Shown piece by piece: positions 16,079 to 24,666 of a stretch of 24,792 bases of DNA (position 1 is its first letter; each line of letters opens with the position of its first letter). This DNA is from an uncultured Phycisphaerales bacterium (GTDB lineage: Bacteria > Planctomycetota > Phycisphaerae > Phycisphaerales > SM1A02): assembly GCA_938084645.1 (NCBI GenBank), contig CALKEP010000042.1, positions 1 through 24,792 of the forward strand, read 5' to 3'. The notes under the pieces are model-generated. The model made no database searches. It had not been told where the DNA came from and saw nothing but the letters and a program-made list of their open reading frames with translations. The position numbers were made by a program, and so were the translations under genes.

Positions 16079-17599
16079 ATGGTCTCCTTTCCCGAGTTCG
16101 GAGTGCATGACCGCGTGTCTCGACCTGTCCGTGAATCTCGAACGGCCATCGCCGCCACGACGAAGCCCTCGTGGGGTTGGGCTTCGGTGGCGACGATCGC
16201 CGTGTCGGCATCCGGCATCACGCGAGCGTCTGCGGACGGCCCGTTCCTCTTCGGACCGCCGCAGGTCGTCTCGATGCCCACGCCGCACTCGCCGACGATG
16301 GTGGCGATCGGAGACCTGGACGAGGACGGCGATCCGGATCTCGTGATCGCCGGCCGCAACTCGGAAGGGTTCGCGTACCTCGTTCCCAACGAGGACGGCG
16401 TTCTGGGAACGCCGATCGAACTGGTGACCGGTGGGCAGACGGACTGGGTGGAGATCGTCGACCTCGACGGGGACGGCCACCTCGACCTCTGCTTCGCGGT
16501 GCGGTCGTTGCGGGGAAGACTGTCCCTGCTTCGTGGTTTCGGCGACGGCACCTTCGCGGAGTTCGAGGAGATCCGACTGGGCCGCGAACCCCGGGCCCTC
16601 GTGGTCGACGATCTCGACGGCGACGGTGATCCGGACATCGCGGCGATGAATCACCGTCTGCCGATCATCGAGATCCTCTTCAACGACGGCACCGGCGGCT
16701 TCGAACGCGGCGCGGACGTGGTGATCGCGGAATCCGAGGTCGGCCATCCCTACCCGCAGGCGATCGACACCGTGGACATCGACCGGGACGGCGACCGCGA
16801 TCTGGTGGTGGTCGCGACCGGCGCGAGTCGGGCGTGCGTCGTGCTCAATCGAGGCGACGGCACCTTCGAACCGGACGCGGGCTGGCGGCCGCCGCGGGTC
16901 ACGGGAGAGATCGGTGGCATGACGAATCTCGGGATCGGCGACGTCGACTCGGACGGTGACGAGGATCTCGTCGTTCCGCTGATCCTGCTCGACTCGCCAT
17001 CCCATGTCGGTGTCTTCGAGAACGGTGGAGTGACGGCGGGCGTCGATCTGCAACGTGAACGGGCCTTCCCCGCGACCCAGCTCGGTTACGCCTATGCGAT
17101 CGCGCTCGGTGACCTCGACGGTGACGACGATCTGGATGTGGTGGTGGGCCACGCGCTCCCCGGGCCGGTGATGGCGCTCGACAACCGGACGGTGCCGGTG
17201 TCGGAGGGCGGCGACGGGCGGGTGACCTTCGAACCCCCGCAGCAGATCGGTTCGGACACCTTCTTCCGAGCCGTGCTCGTCACCGATCTGGACGGCGACT
17301 GCGATCAGGACGTTCTGGCCGTCGAACTGATCTCGAACTCGGTCTGGTTCCTGCCGAATCTCACGCCGCAGGAGGGCTCGGATTGCGGTGATGGAATCGC
17401 ACCTCGCACGGGTCGAGCGACGCCGTCGCGGACGTCGCCGTCGAACTTCGCGATCGATCGGAACGCGATCGGTGATCTGAACGGCGACGGCGCGATCACC
17501 GGAGTCGACGTGGCGCTGTTCCTCGAGACCGTCGGTGGCGACGTCCATGCCGATCACCGCCCGGCGTCGGAGTCGCCGGAAGGGCGGGTGCGAAGATGA
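16079..17599 (+). CDS. FG-GAP/VCBS-repeat beta-propeller protein with a single C-terminal dockerin-like loop
   Basis: Seven D-[LIV]-D-x-D-x-x-x-D-[LIV] blades, then GDLNGDGAITGVDVALFL at 17471-17524. ATGA overlap with the next gene. Confidence 0.88.
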   Translation: MVSFPEFGVHDRVSRPVRESRTAIAATTKPSWGWASVATIAVSASGITRASADGPFLFGPPQVVSMPTPHSPTMVAIGDLDEDGDPDLVIAGRNSEGFAYLVPNEDGVLGTPIELVTGGQTDWVEIVDLDGDGHLDLCFAVRSLRGRLSLLRGFGDGTFAEFEEIRLGREPRALVVDDLDGDGDPDIAAMNHRLPIIEILFNDGTGGFERGADVVIAESEVGHPYPQAIDTVDIDRDGDRDLVVVATGASRACVVLNRGDGTFEPDAGWRPPRVTGEIGGMTNLGIGDVDSDGDEDLVVPLILLDSPSHVGVFENGGVTAGVDLQRERAFPATQLGYAYAIALGDLDGDDDLDVVVGHALPGPVMALDNRTVPVSEGGDGRVTFEPPQQIGSDTFFRAVLVTDLDGDCDQDVLAVELISNSVWFLPNLTPQEGSDCGDGIAPRTGRATPSRTSPSNFAIDRNAIGDLNGDGAITGVDVALFLETVGGDVHADHRPASESPEGRVRR

Positions 17600-18672
17600 G
17601 CGGCATCCTCTCCAGAATCCTCGCGGTCGCGTTGATGTCGCTGCCGGTCTCCGCGGCCCGCGGGCAGGATGACTGCGGTCCCGATCGACCGCCTTGCGAC
17701 GAGCCGCACGACGGGCCCGGCTGTCTTCAACCGCAATGTTGCGAACTGGTCTGCAAGATCGACGTCTTCTGCTGCGACGTCGTCTGGGACGAGACCTGCG
17801 TGGAGCAGGCCGGGGAACTCTGCGGCGACGTGTACTGCCCCGATTTCGGCGGCTGTCTCGAGATCCACGACACCGGAGGCTGTCTCGACGAGACGTGTTG
17901 CGAACTGGTTCGGATGCACGACCCCTTCTGCGGATACGGCACCTGGGACGAGATCTGCGTCGCGGAGGCGGAATCGTGGTGCGGGCGAGCCTTCGAGTGC
18001 CCGATCGTTCCGCCCCCCGGTGCTCGCGAGGAGGGTGAGCCGTGCCTCGAACGGCTCAACGACGGATGCGGCGGCGGCGCGATCGAGATCATTGCTTCGT
18101 CGATCGCCTGCGGGGACGCCATCTACGGGAAGACCACGACGAGCGTGCCACGTGACGTCGACTGGTTCCGGCTTCCGGAGACCCGCGACGGGCCGGTGGT
18201 CATCCGGTTGGAGACGGAGTTTCCCGCACGAATGCTCATCGTCACGGGCTCGTGCGAAGGGCCGATCAGCGTGCTGGACCGACGACCCGTCGATCCCTGT
18301 GGAACCGACGAGTGGGTCGTCGATCTCCCGGACGGCGAATACCACCTCGTGGTCGAGGCGGGTGCGGACGGTCGATCGCTCCGATCCGGGCTGCCCTGCG
18401 ACGAGATCGACCCGAAGAACCCACCGGACGACGACGAGGAACCGCTGCCGCGGACCTACGGACTCCACTACCTCCTCGAACTCGCCTGCACCGCGGCACC
18501 ATGTCCGGGTGACTTGAACGGTGACGGCATGGTCGACGGGGTCGACCTCGGCCTGCTCTTCGCGGCCTGGGGCGAATGCACCGGCGTCTGCCCGGCCGAC
18601 CTCGACGGCGACGGCATGGTCGATGGTCAGGATCTGGGCGGGCTCTTCGTCGGCTGGGGCGGCTGCCCCTGA
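17596..18672 (+). CDS. Secreted Cys-rich repeat protein with PPC-like beta domain and C-terminal dockerin-like pair
   Basis: Signal peptide, two 53-aa Cys-rich repeats, 'DVDWFRL...DGEYHLVV' PPC-like segment, tail CPGDLNGDGMVDGVDL...WG...CPADLDGDGMVDGQDL...WGGCP. Confidence 0.85.
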   Translation: MSGILSRILAVALMSLPVSAARGQDDCGPDRPPCDEPHDGPGCLQPQCCELVCKIDVFCCDVVWDETCVEQAGELCGDVYCPDFGGCLEIHDTGGCLDETCCELVRMHDPFCGYGTWDEICVAEAESWCGRAFECPIVPPPGAREEGEPCLERLNDGCGGGAIEIIASSIACGDAIYGKTTTSVPRDVDWFRLPETRDGPVVIRLETEFPARMLIVTGSCEGPISVLDRRPVDPCGTDEWVVDLPDGEYHLVVEAGADGRSLRSGLPCDEIDPKNPPDDDEEPLPRTYGLHYLLELACTAAPCPGDLNGDGMVDGVDLGLLFAAWGECTGVCPADLDGDGMVDGQDLGGLFVGWGGCP

Positions 18673-18759
18673 AATTGAGCGGTTGATCAAGGCCGCCTCC
18701 GCGTTATTCGCTGGAAACGGTCGAGAGATCGTCCACAATGGGGGTGGAGAACCCGTCCC

Positions 18760-19806
18760 ATGAACCCTGCTCGTCTCGCCCATCGCATTCTGCTCGTCAC
18801 GCTTCTTTCGAACACGTCCGCCGCGGTGCTCGCGCAGGATCTCGTGATCGAGCCGAAGGAGAGCATCGTCGATCAGACGCTGCTCGTCTCGGTGCCGTTC
18901 GACGGCGTGCTGATCGGCGACTACGACGCGAAGACCAATCCCGGCGGAACCCAGACCCGCCCCGGGCTCTTCGGCGGAAGCGGCAACCTTCCCGTGGACT
19001 ACAGCGCGGTCTTCGGAATCGGATCGCCGTCCCAGCAGTCGCAGCCGTCCGGCAGCATCGTCGTGGATCCGGTCGACATCGCGGATGGGATTCTCGGCAT
19101 CGACGCGTTCGAGTTCGACGTGCTTTCCGGCGGTGTCGCGGAGGTCGGCGTCGACCTGACGATCATCCTCCAGACCTTTCGGACCTACGCGCCGTTCTCG
19201 ATCTATCCGGGCGGCTTCGAGATTCCGATCCCGCTGCAGACGGGGACGATCTCGAGTTTCGTGATCCGCTCGGAATCCCCGGCGCAGGTCCTCGTCTCCT
19301 CCGCCGGGGACGCATACGAATTCGAAGCGACGCTTCCGGCCGTGATCTCGCTGGAGATCGATTTCGGCGCCGGCGTCCAGGTCTTCGACCTGCCGTTCGC
19401 GTTTCCGGTCACGGGGGGGCTCGAGATCAGCGCCACCGAGACGGTGCTCACGCTTTCGAGTGCGGTGAGCGCCGCCGGCGAACAGCCGGTCGACTTTCCA
19501 CCGTTCGATCAGATTCCCTTCGAGCTGCCGACGTTCCCGCCCGGGGACGAGACCGCCGGCGTGCTGCTGGGCGGCACCATCACCAGCGTGATCTCCGAAC
19601 TGGACCTGCTGGTCGAGATCGTGGCATCGGCGCAGGTGCCGACGAATCCGGCGGACTTCAACGATGACGGCGTGGTCAACGGTGCAGACCTCGGATTCCT
19701 GATCAGTTCCTGGGGCGTCTGCATCGGTTGTCCCGAGGATCTGAACTTCGATGGCATCGTGAACGGCTCGGACCTCGGACTGTTCATCGCCGCGTGGACC
19801 GGCTGA
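18760..19806 (+). CDS. Secreted acidic beta-rich hypothetical protein with C-terminal dockerin-like pair
   Basis: GGAG SD, signal peptide (VLA-QD), tail PADFNDDGVVNGADL...WG...CPEDLNFDGIVNGSDL...W. Confidence 0.85.
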   Translation: MNPARLAHRILLVTLLSNTSAAVLAQDLVIEPKESIVDQTLLVSVPFDGVLIGDYDAKTNPGGTQTRPGLFGGSGNLPVDYSAVFGIGSPSQQSQPSGSIVVDPVDIADGILGIDAFEFDVLSGGVAEVGVDLTIILQTFRTYAPFSIYPGGFEIPIPLQTGTISSFVIRSESPAQVLVSSAGDAYEFEATLPAVISLEIDFGAGVQVFDLPFAFPVTGGLEISATETVLTLSSAVSAAGEQPVDFPPFDQIPFELPTFPPGDETAGVLLGGTITSVISELDLLVEIVASAQVPTNPADFNDDGVVNGADLGFLISSWGVCIGCPEDLNFDGIVNGSDLGLFIAAWTG

Positions 19807-19829
19807 ACCGCCGCGTCGATCCGCTTCGG

Positions 19830-19851
19830 GTCAGAGCAGCGTCAGAGCAGC
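19830..19851. repeat. 11-bp tandem duplication GTCAGAGCAGC x2 spanning the dehydratase stop codon
   Basis: 19830-19840 equals 19841-19851. Confidence 0.85.
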
Positions 19852-20816
19852 GTCGGAAGCGCGTCGAGGTCGAGGTTGCCGCCGCAGAGGACGACACCGA
19901 CCCGCTGGAATCCATGGCGTCGGAATGCGTCGGTGCCGAGGGCGGCGATGCCCACCGCGGCGCTGGGCTCGATGACGAGTTTGGCGCGTTCCATCACCAG
20001 TCGCAGGGCGTCGCGGATGGCCGTTTCCGGCACCGTGACGATGTCGTCGACGTGGTCCCGGATCACCGGGAAGGTCCGTTCGCCGAGCGTGGTGCGAAGC
20101 CCGTCGGCGATGGTGGAGGTCGGATCGCCTCGATGCGCCTCGATGCGTCCCGAACGGCGTGATCGGGCGGCATCGTCGACCAGTTCCGGTTCGGCGGCGA
20201 TCACCTTGATCTCCGGTGCGATGGCCTTCACGCAGATCGCGATGCCGGCGATCATCCCGCCCCCGCCGACCGGTGCCACGATCGCGTCGAGATCGGGCAC
20301 CTGCCCGAGCAGCTCGAGGGCGATGGTGCCCTGCCCGGCGATGATTCGATCGTCGTCGTAGGGCGGAATGATGGTGCCGCCGGTCTCCGCGGCGACGCGT
20401 TCGCACGTCGCGAGCCGCTGTTCCAGGGTGGGCTCGCAGTCGTGGACGATCCCGCCGTAGTCGAGGACCGCGTTCTTCTTCACGGACGGTGCATTGGTCG
20501 GCATCACGATGTTGGCGGGGATGCCGCGTCGTTTCGCGGCCCACGCCAGGGCCTGCGCGTGGTTGCCGGAGGAATGGGTCACCACGCCCGAGGCCGCGCC
20601 ACCGTCGTCGAGCGAGAACACGGCGTTGGTCGCGCCGCGAGCCTTGAACGCCCCGACCTTCTGGAGGTTCTCGCACTTGAGGTGGACTTCAGCGTCCGCG
20701 AACGCGTCGATGGTGTCGCAGGTGAGGACCGGTGTCCGGTGGACATGCGGCTCGATCCGTCGGGCGGCGGTCCGGATGTCTTCGATGGTGGGAGTGGCTG
20801 GATCACGGTCGGGCAT
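19842..20816 (-). CDS. PLP-dependent serine racemase / Ser-Thr dehydratase-family enzyme (fold type II, no ACT domain)
   Basis: LKCENLQKVGAFKARGA (PLP lysine), THSSGNHAQ, PVGGGG, TIADGL, IEPSAA, CGGN. Confidence 0.9.
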   Translation of the reverse strand: MPDRDPATPTIEDIRTAARRIEPHVHRTPVLTCDTIDAFADAEVHLKCENLQKVGAFKARGATNAVFSLDDGGAASGVVTHSSGNHAQALAWAAKRRGIPANIVMPTNAPSVKKNAVLDYGGIVHDCEPTLEQRLATCERVAAETGGTIIPPYDDDRIIAGQGTIALELLGQVPDLDAIVAPVGGGGMIAGIAICVKAIAPEIKVIAAEPELVDDAARSRRSGRIEAHRGDPTSTIADGLRTTLGERTFPVIRDHVDDIVTVPETAIRDALRLVMERAKLVIEPSAAVGIAALGTDAFRRHGFQRVGVVLCGGNLDLDALPTLL

Positions 20817-20881
20817 GTCCGGATTCTAGGGGGTGGCGGACCGTGGACCGGCGGTCGGAAGCGGAGACGGCGGCGTGGGCG

Positions 20882-20890
20882 TGCTACCAT
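20882..20890 (+). promoter_or_regulatory. Extended -10 promoter element for the thiC leader
   Basis: TG-c-TACCAT ends 6 nt before the first base of riboswitch P1. Confidence 0.55.
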
Positions 20891-20896
20891 CCGGCA

Positions 20897-20985
20897 GCCA
20901 CTCGGGGCGTCGCGGTCCCATCGACCGCGTACTGAGATGCACCCGTTGAACCTGATCCGGCTGGTACCGGCGGAGGGAACGTGGC
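20897..20985 (+). ncRNA. TPP riboswitch (THI box)
   Basis: GGGG...CTGAGA...ACCCGTTGAACCTGATCCGG...TACCGGCGGAGGGAA. P1 GCCAC (20897-20901) pairs with GTGGC (20981-20985). Lies directly upstream of thiC. Confidence 0.96.
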
Positions 20986-21061
20986 CCGTGGCGTCATCGA
21001 CGCGCGGCTCCTCCGCGACGGACCAGTCCCTTCGGCCCCACCGGCCCGAACGGAGTCCGAG

Positions 21062-22927
21062 ATGATCACCCCACCCACCGAAAACCCGCGTTGGCGATTC
21101 CCGATTCACGGCGCCGAGGATCCGTCATCCACCGGCGAAGGCACGACCCCGGGGTCGTTCGCCCATCGCGCCGACATCGGCGGGCCGCTCACCTTCAGTT
21201 CCCCCGATACGCCCGGAATGCCCGAACCCAGCACGTCGACGGCCTGGGACTTCCTGCCTGATGGCTGGACGATCGAAGCGACGGACGGTCCGGAGTCCGG
21301 ATGTGGTGGACACAACCATTCGACGATCGGCGACTGGATCCGAGCGGTTCCACCCGCCGGCTTCGAGGCGATCACCCAGCTCGAGCAGGCCCGGCTCGGC
21401 GTGGTCACGCCGGAGATGACGCGGGTCGCCGAACGCGAGTCCCATCTCACGGCCTTCCAGGTCCGGGACGAGGTCGCATCCGGCCGAATGGTGATTCCCG
21501 CGAACCGGAACCATCTCGAGTTCGAGCTCGACCCGATGGCGATCGGCCGCGCGTCCAAGACCAAGATCAACGCGAACATGGGGGCGTCCCCGGTCAGCAG
21601 CTCCACCGACGAAGAGGTCGAGAAGCTCAAGTGGGCGGAACGATGGTCCGCCGACACCGTGATGGATCTCTCGACCGGCGGTGATCTGGACGCGACCCGC
21701 GAGGCGATCATCCGCAACTCGACGGTTCCGATCGGCACCGTGCCCATCTACTCGATGATCATCGGCCGGAAGATCGAGGACCTCGATGAAGCGATGATCA
21801 TGGAGACGCTCGAGCACCAGGCGGCGCAGGGTGTCGACTACTTCACGATCCACGCCGGCGTCCGGAAGGCGCACATCCCACTGGTTCGCGACCGGCTCAT
21901 CGGAATCGTGAGCCGCGGGGGATCCCTGCTCGCGAAGTGGATGCTCACGCATGACGCCGAGAATCCCATGTACACCGCCTGGGAACGGATCTGCGAGATC
22001 ATGCGGCGGCACGACGTGACGTTCTCGATCGGCGACGGCCTTCGACCCGGAGGCCTCGCGGACGCGACCGATGCGGCCCAGCTCGGTGAACTGGAGGCCC
22101 TGGGCGAACTCACCGAACGCGCCTGGCGTTGCGGCGTGCAGGTCATGATCGAAGGGCCCGGCCACGTTCCGTTCGATCAGATCGAGTTCAACATGAAGCT
22201 GCAGCGGCGTCTCTGCCACGGCGCCCCGTTCTACGTGCTCGGGCCGCTGGTCACGGACATGTTCCCGGGGTACGACCACATCACCTCGTGCATCGGCGCG
22301 ACGGCGGCGGCGTACCACGGGGCGTCGATGCTCTGTTACGTCACCCCGAAGGAGCATCTCGGACTGCCCAAGCGGGACGACGTCAAGCAGGGGTGCGTCG
22401 CGTACAAGATCGCGGCGCATTCGGCGGACATCGCCCTCGGCATCCCGGGAACCCGGGACAACGACGACGAACTCACCAAGGCCCGTGCGGCCTTGAACTG
22501 GCAGAAGCACTTCGACCTCTCCTTCGATCCCGACACGGCGCGGGCGTATCACGACGAGGATCTCGACGTCGACACCGACTTCTGCGCGATGTGCGGTCAC
22601 GACTGGTGCAGCGTCCGGATCTCCAAGGAGATCCAGGAGTTCGCCAGTGGAAAGGCGGAGGGATTCGATCGCGGCAAGGCGGTCCGGTCCGACGCGCTCA
22701 CGCCGGAGCAGCAGGAGATCCTCGAGAAGCGTGGTGTCCTGAGCCCCGACGAGATCCACAAGCTGGCGAGCAAGGCCAAGAAGGAACTGCCGAACGAGGA
22801 GGGGAAGGCGAGTTGTCATTCCGACTTCGTCGACCCCGACGAAGCCAAGCGGATCCAGGGCGAGAAGCTGGTCCAGTTGAACGTCGCCCCGGCCCATAAT
22901 CTTCCGAGCCACGATCCATTGATCTGA
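21062..22927 (+). CDS. thiC: Phosphomethylpyrimidine synthase ThiC
   Basis: [61 protein letters not shown], Fe-S motif [15 protein letters not shown] before ATG 21062; the ORF-track start 20981 lies inside the riboswitch. Confidence 0.98.
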   Translation: MITPPTENPRWRFPIHGAEDPSSTGEGTTPGSFAHRADIGGPLTFSSPDTPGMPEPSTSTAWDFLPDGWTIEATDGPESGCGGHNHSTIGDWIRAVPPAGFEAITQLEQARLGVVTPEMTRVAERESHLTAFQVRDEVASGRMVIPANRNHLEFELDPMAIGRASKTKINANMGASPVSSSTDEEVEKLKWAERWSADTVMDLSTGGDLDATREAIIRNSTVPIGTVPIYSMIIGRKIEDLDEAMIMETLEHQAAQGVDYFTIHAGVRKAHIPLVRDRLIGIVSRGGSLLAKWMLTHDAENPMYTAWERICEIMRRHDVTFSIGDGLRPGGLADATDAAQLGELEALGELTERAWRCGVQVMIEGPGHVPFDQIEFNMKLQRRLCHGAPFYVLGPLVTDMFPGYDHITSCIGATAAAYHGASMLCYVTPKEHLGLPKRDDVKQGCVAYKIAAHSADIALGIPGTRDNDDELTKARAALNWQKHFDLSFDPDTARAYHDEDLDVDTDFCAMCGHDWCSVRISKEIQEFASGKAEGFDRGKAVRSDALTPEQQEILEKRGVLSPDEIHKLASKAKKELPNEEGKASCHSDFVDPDEAKRIQGEKLVQLNVAPAHNLPSHDPLI

Positions 22928-23112
22928 ACGCCGTCTCGGCTGGTCACGAGCACCGGGTCGAGTGGTGGGTGGCGGTTCGGATCTTCAGGCGACTCAAGGG
23001 CGCAGGGAATCATAAACCCATTCCAGTTAACGGTTTTCGGCGCATTCGCCGGGATACCGAGTATCTTCACGCCGGAGGAGGATTCCATTCAAGGAAGGCG
23101 TGAGGAAGTCCC

Positions 23113-24108
23113 ATGCGAGTTTCTGTAGTCATCCCCGCGTACAACGCGGCTTCGGTCATCGAGGAGACGCTCGAGTCGATTGCGCGCCAGACCCTCGCCC
23201 CACACGAGGTGATCGTCGTCGATGATGGATCCTCGGACGAGACATCGGAAGTGGCTCGTGCCCATTCGGTCGTGACTCGAGTCATCGTCCGGGAGAACGG
23301 TGGAATCTGTCCTGCTCGGAACGATGCGATCGAGCAGATGAAGGGTGACTTGATCTGCAATCTCGACGCCGATGATCTCTGGCATCCGCTGTATCTCGAA
23401 CGCATGTCCGAGATGATGGAAGCGAATCCGCATGCGGCGAGTGGTTTCGCCAGTTATTCCTGCTGGGTGGAGCCGGGTGAAGAGCCTCTTCCATTCGAGC
23501 CCGATGTTCAAGGCGACTTCAGGATTCACAATGGCGCTTGTTGTGAATTGAACAGATCATCCGCGCTGCCGATTCTTCCGAGCTTCCACGTGTTTCGACG
23601 CTCGGCACTGTCGAAGATTGGGAAACGTCCCTACATCGAATCGCATCGTCAGGGCCAGTCGATCTATTTCGTCGGGATTCTGTCAGCGATTGCACCGGTG
23701 GCCGAATTCCTCGAACCTCTCGGTCGATACCGGATACACAGTGCGGCGGTGACCGGCGACGAAGTGAATTCCGCGAGAAACATCGTTCTGTGCATCGAGG
23801 ATCTCCGTAGATTCGCCCGAGAGCGAACGGACTTGGTCGTCTCGAAGGAGAATCGCAGGCATATCGATGAACTCGTCGCACGCTGGACTCGCCGCTGTGC
23901 TCGTCGCCTGGGAGGTGGCGGTCATCCGGGCGAAGGCAGGTCACTGCTTCTTCGATCACTCCTGCGTGGTGACCTGAAGGCCGGCGCGATGGCTGGTGCA
24001 TCCCTCGCTCCGGGGCTCAAGCACAAGGTCTGGTGCGACGGGTGGCGTCCATCGGTCGCACGGCGGAAGGAAGGTTCTCTTTCCTGGGCCACCGCTTCGG
24101 ACGATTGA
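23113..24108 (+). CDS. Glycosyltransferase family 2
   Basis: VSVVIPAYNA, EVIVVDDGSSD, NGGICPARN, LDADD (DxD). Confidence 0.92.
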   Translation: MRVSVVIPAYNAASVIEETLESIARQTLAPHEVIVVDDGSSDETSEVARAHSVVTRVIVRENGGICPARNDAIEQMKGDLICNLDADDLWHPLYLERMSEMMEANPHAASGFASYSCWVEPGEEPLPFEPDVQGDFRIHNGACCELNRSSALPILPSFHVFRRSALSKIGKRPYIESHRQGQSIYFVGILSAIAPVAEFLEPLGRYRIHSAAVTGDEVNSARNIVLCIEDLRRFARERTDLVVSKENRRHIDELVARWTRRCARRLGGGGHPGEGRSLLLRSLLRGDLKAGAMAGASLAPGLKHKVWCDGWRPSVARRKEGSLSWATASDD

Positions 24109-24203
24109 AGTGGATCCGGGCCGGCCGAAAAGACAATCCGGAGCGGTGCTGCCGGTTGGTGTAGTCTTCCCGGTAACACCTCTCCGCCAAGCGAGCTTCG
24201 ACG

Positions 24204-24620
24204 ATGTCGCGATCCGAAAAAGAGGAAACGTCATTTCGCGAAGAGGATCCGATCATCGGTTCTTTCGGGGGAGATGACCGACCCGGTCTTCTGGATCTTC
24301 CGGACATGCGATTCCCCGAGCTCTACGTCTGGCTGCTGTTCGTCAGCAGTCTCGACATCATGCTCACGTGGGTCATTCTCCGGGACGGCGGCAGCGAGGT
24401 GAATCCCGTCGCTCGACTGGTGATCGATGCGTGGGGACTCAATGGCGCGATCCTCTTCAAGTTCGGGTTGATCCTGTTCGTCATCATCGCCTGCGAAGTG
24501 ATCGCGCGAAGTCGTCCGCACGTCGCCAGAGTCCTGATCTGGTTCGGCGTCCTGATCAGTTCTTTTCCACCGGTATGGTCGGTGACGCTCCTCGCGCTGC
24601 ACGCCGGTTCCGAGGGCTGA
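24204..24620 (+). CDS. Small membrane protein, DUF5658-like
   Basis: About 3 TM segments with 'LDIMLT...GGSEVNP...FK' pattern. Alternative start ATG 24306. Confidence 0.7.
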   Translation: MSRSEKEETSFREEDPIIGSFGGDDRPGLLDLPDMRFPELYVWLLFVSSLDIMLTWVILRDGGSEVNPVARLVIDAWGLNGAILFKFGLILFVIIACEVIARSRPHVARVLIWFGVLISSFPPVWSVTLLALHAGSEG

Positions 24621-24666
24621 ACGCGACTCGATCAAAGCGTCGGCATCACGCCGCTTCGTTCGTCGC

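Noticed and set aside
11492..20816. RidA detoxifying 2-aminoacrylate from the nearby dehydratase
   Set aside because: The Rid protein lacks the catalytic Arg and the genes are about 8 kb apart in separate units.
20981..21061. Longer thiC N-terminus from GTG 20981
   Set aside because: That codon is within riboswitch P1, whereas ATG 21062 has an SD.
12981..22912. Long antisense ORFs 12981..15011, 15875..17557, 17554..18783, 21125..22912
   Set aside because: Each lies opposite a motif-supported gene and lacks recognisable motifs of its own.
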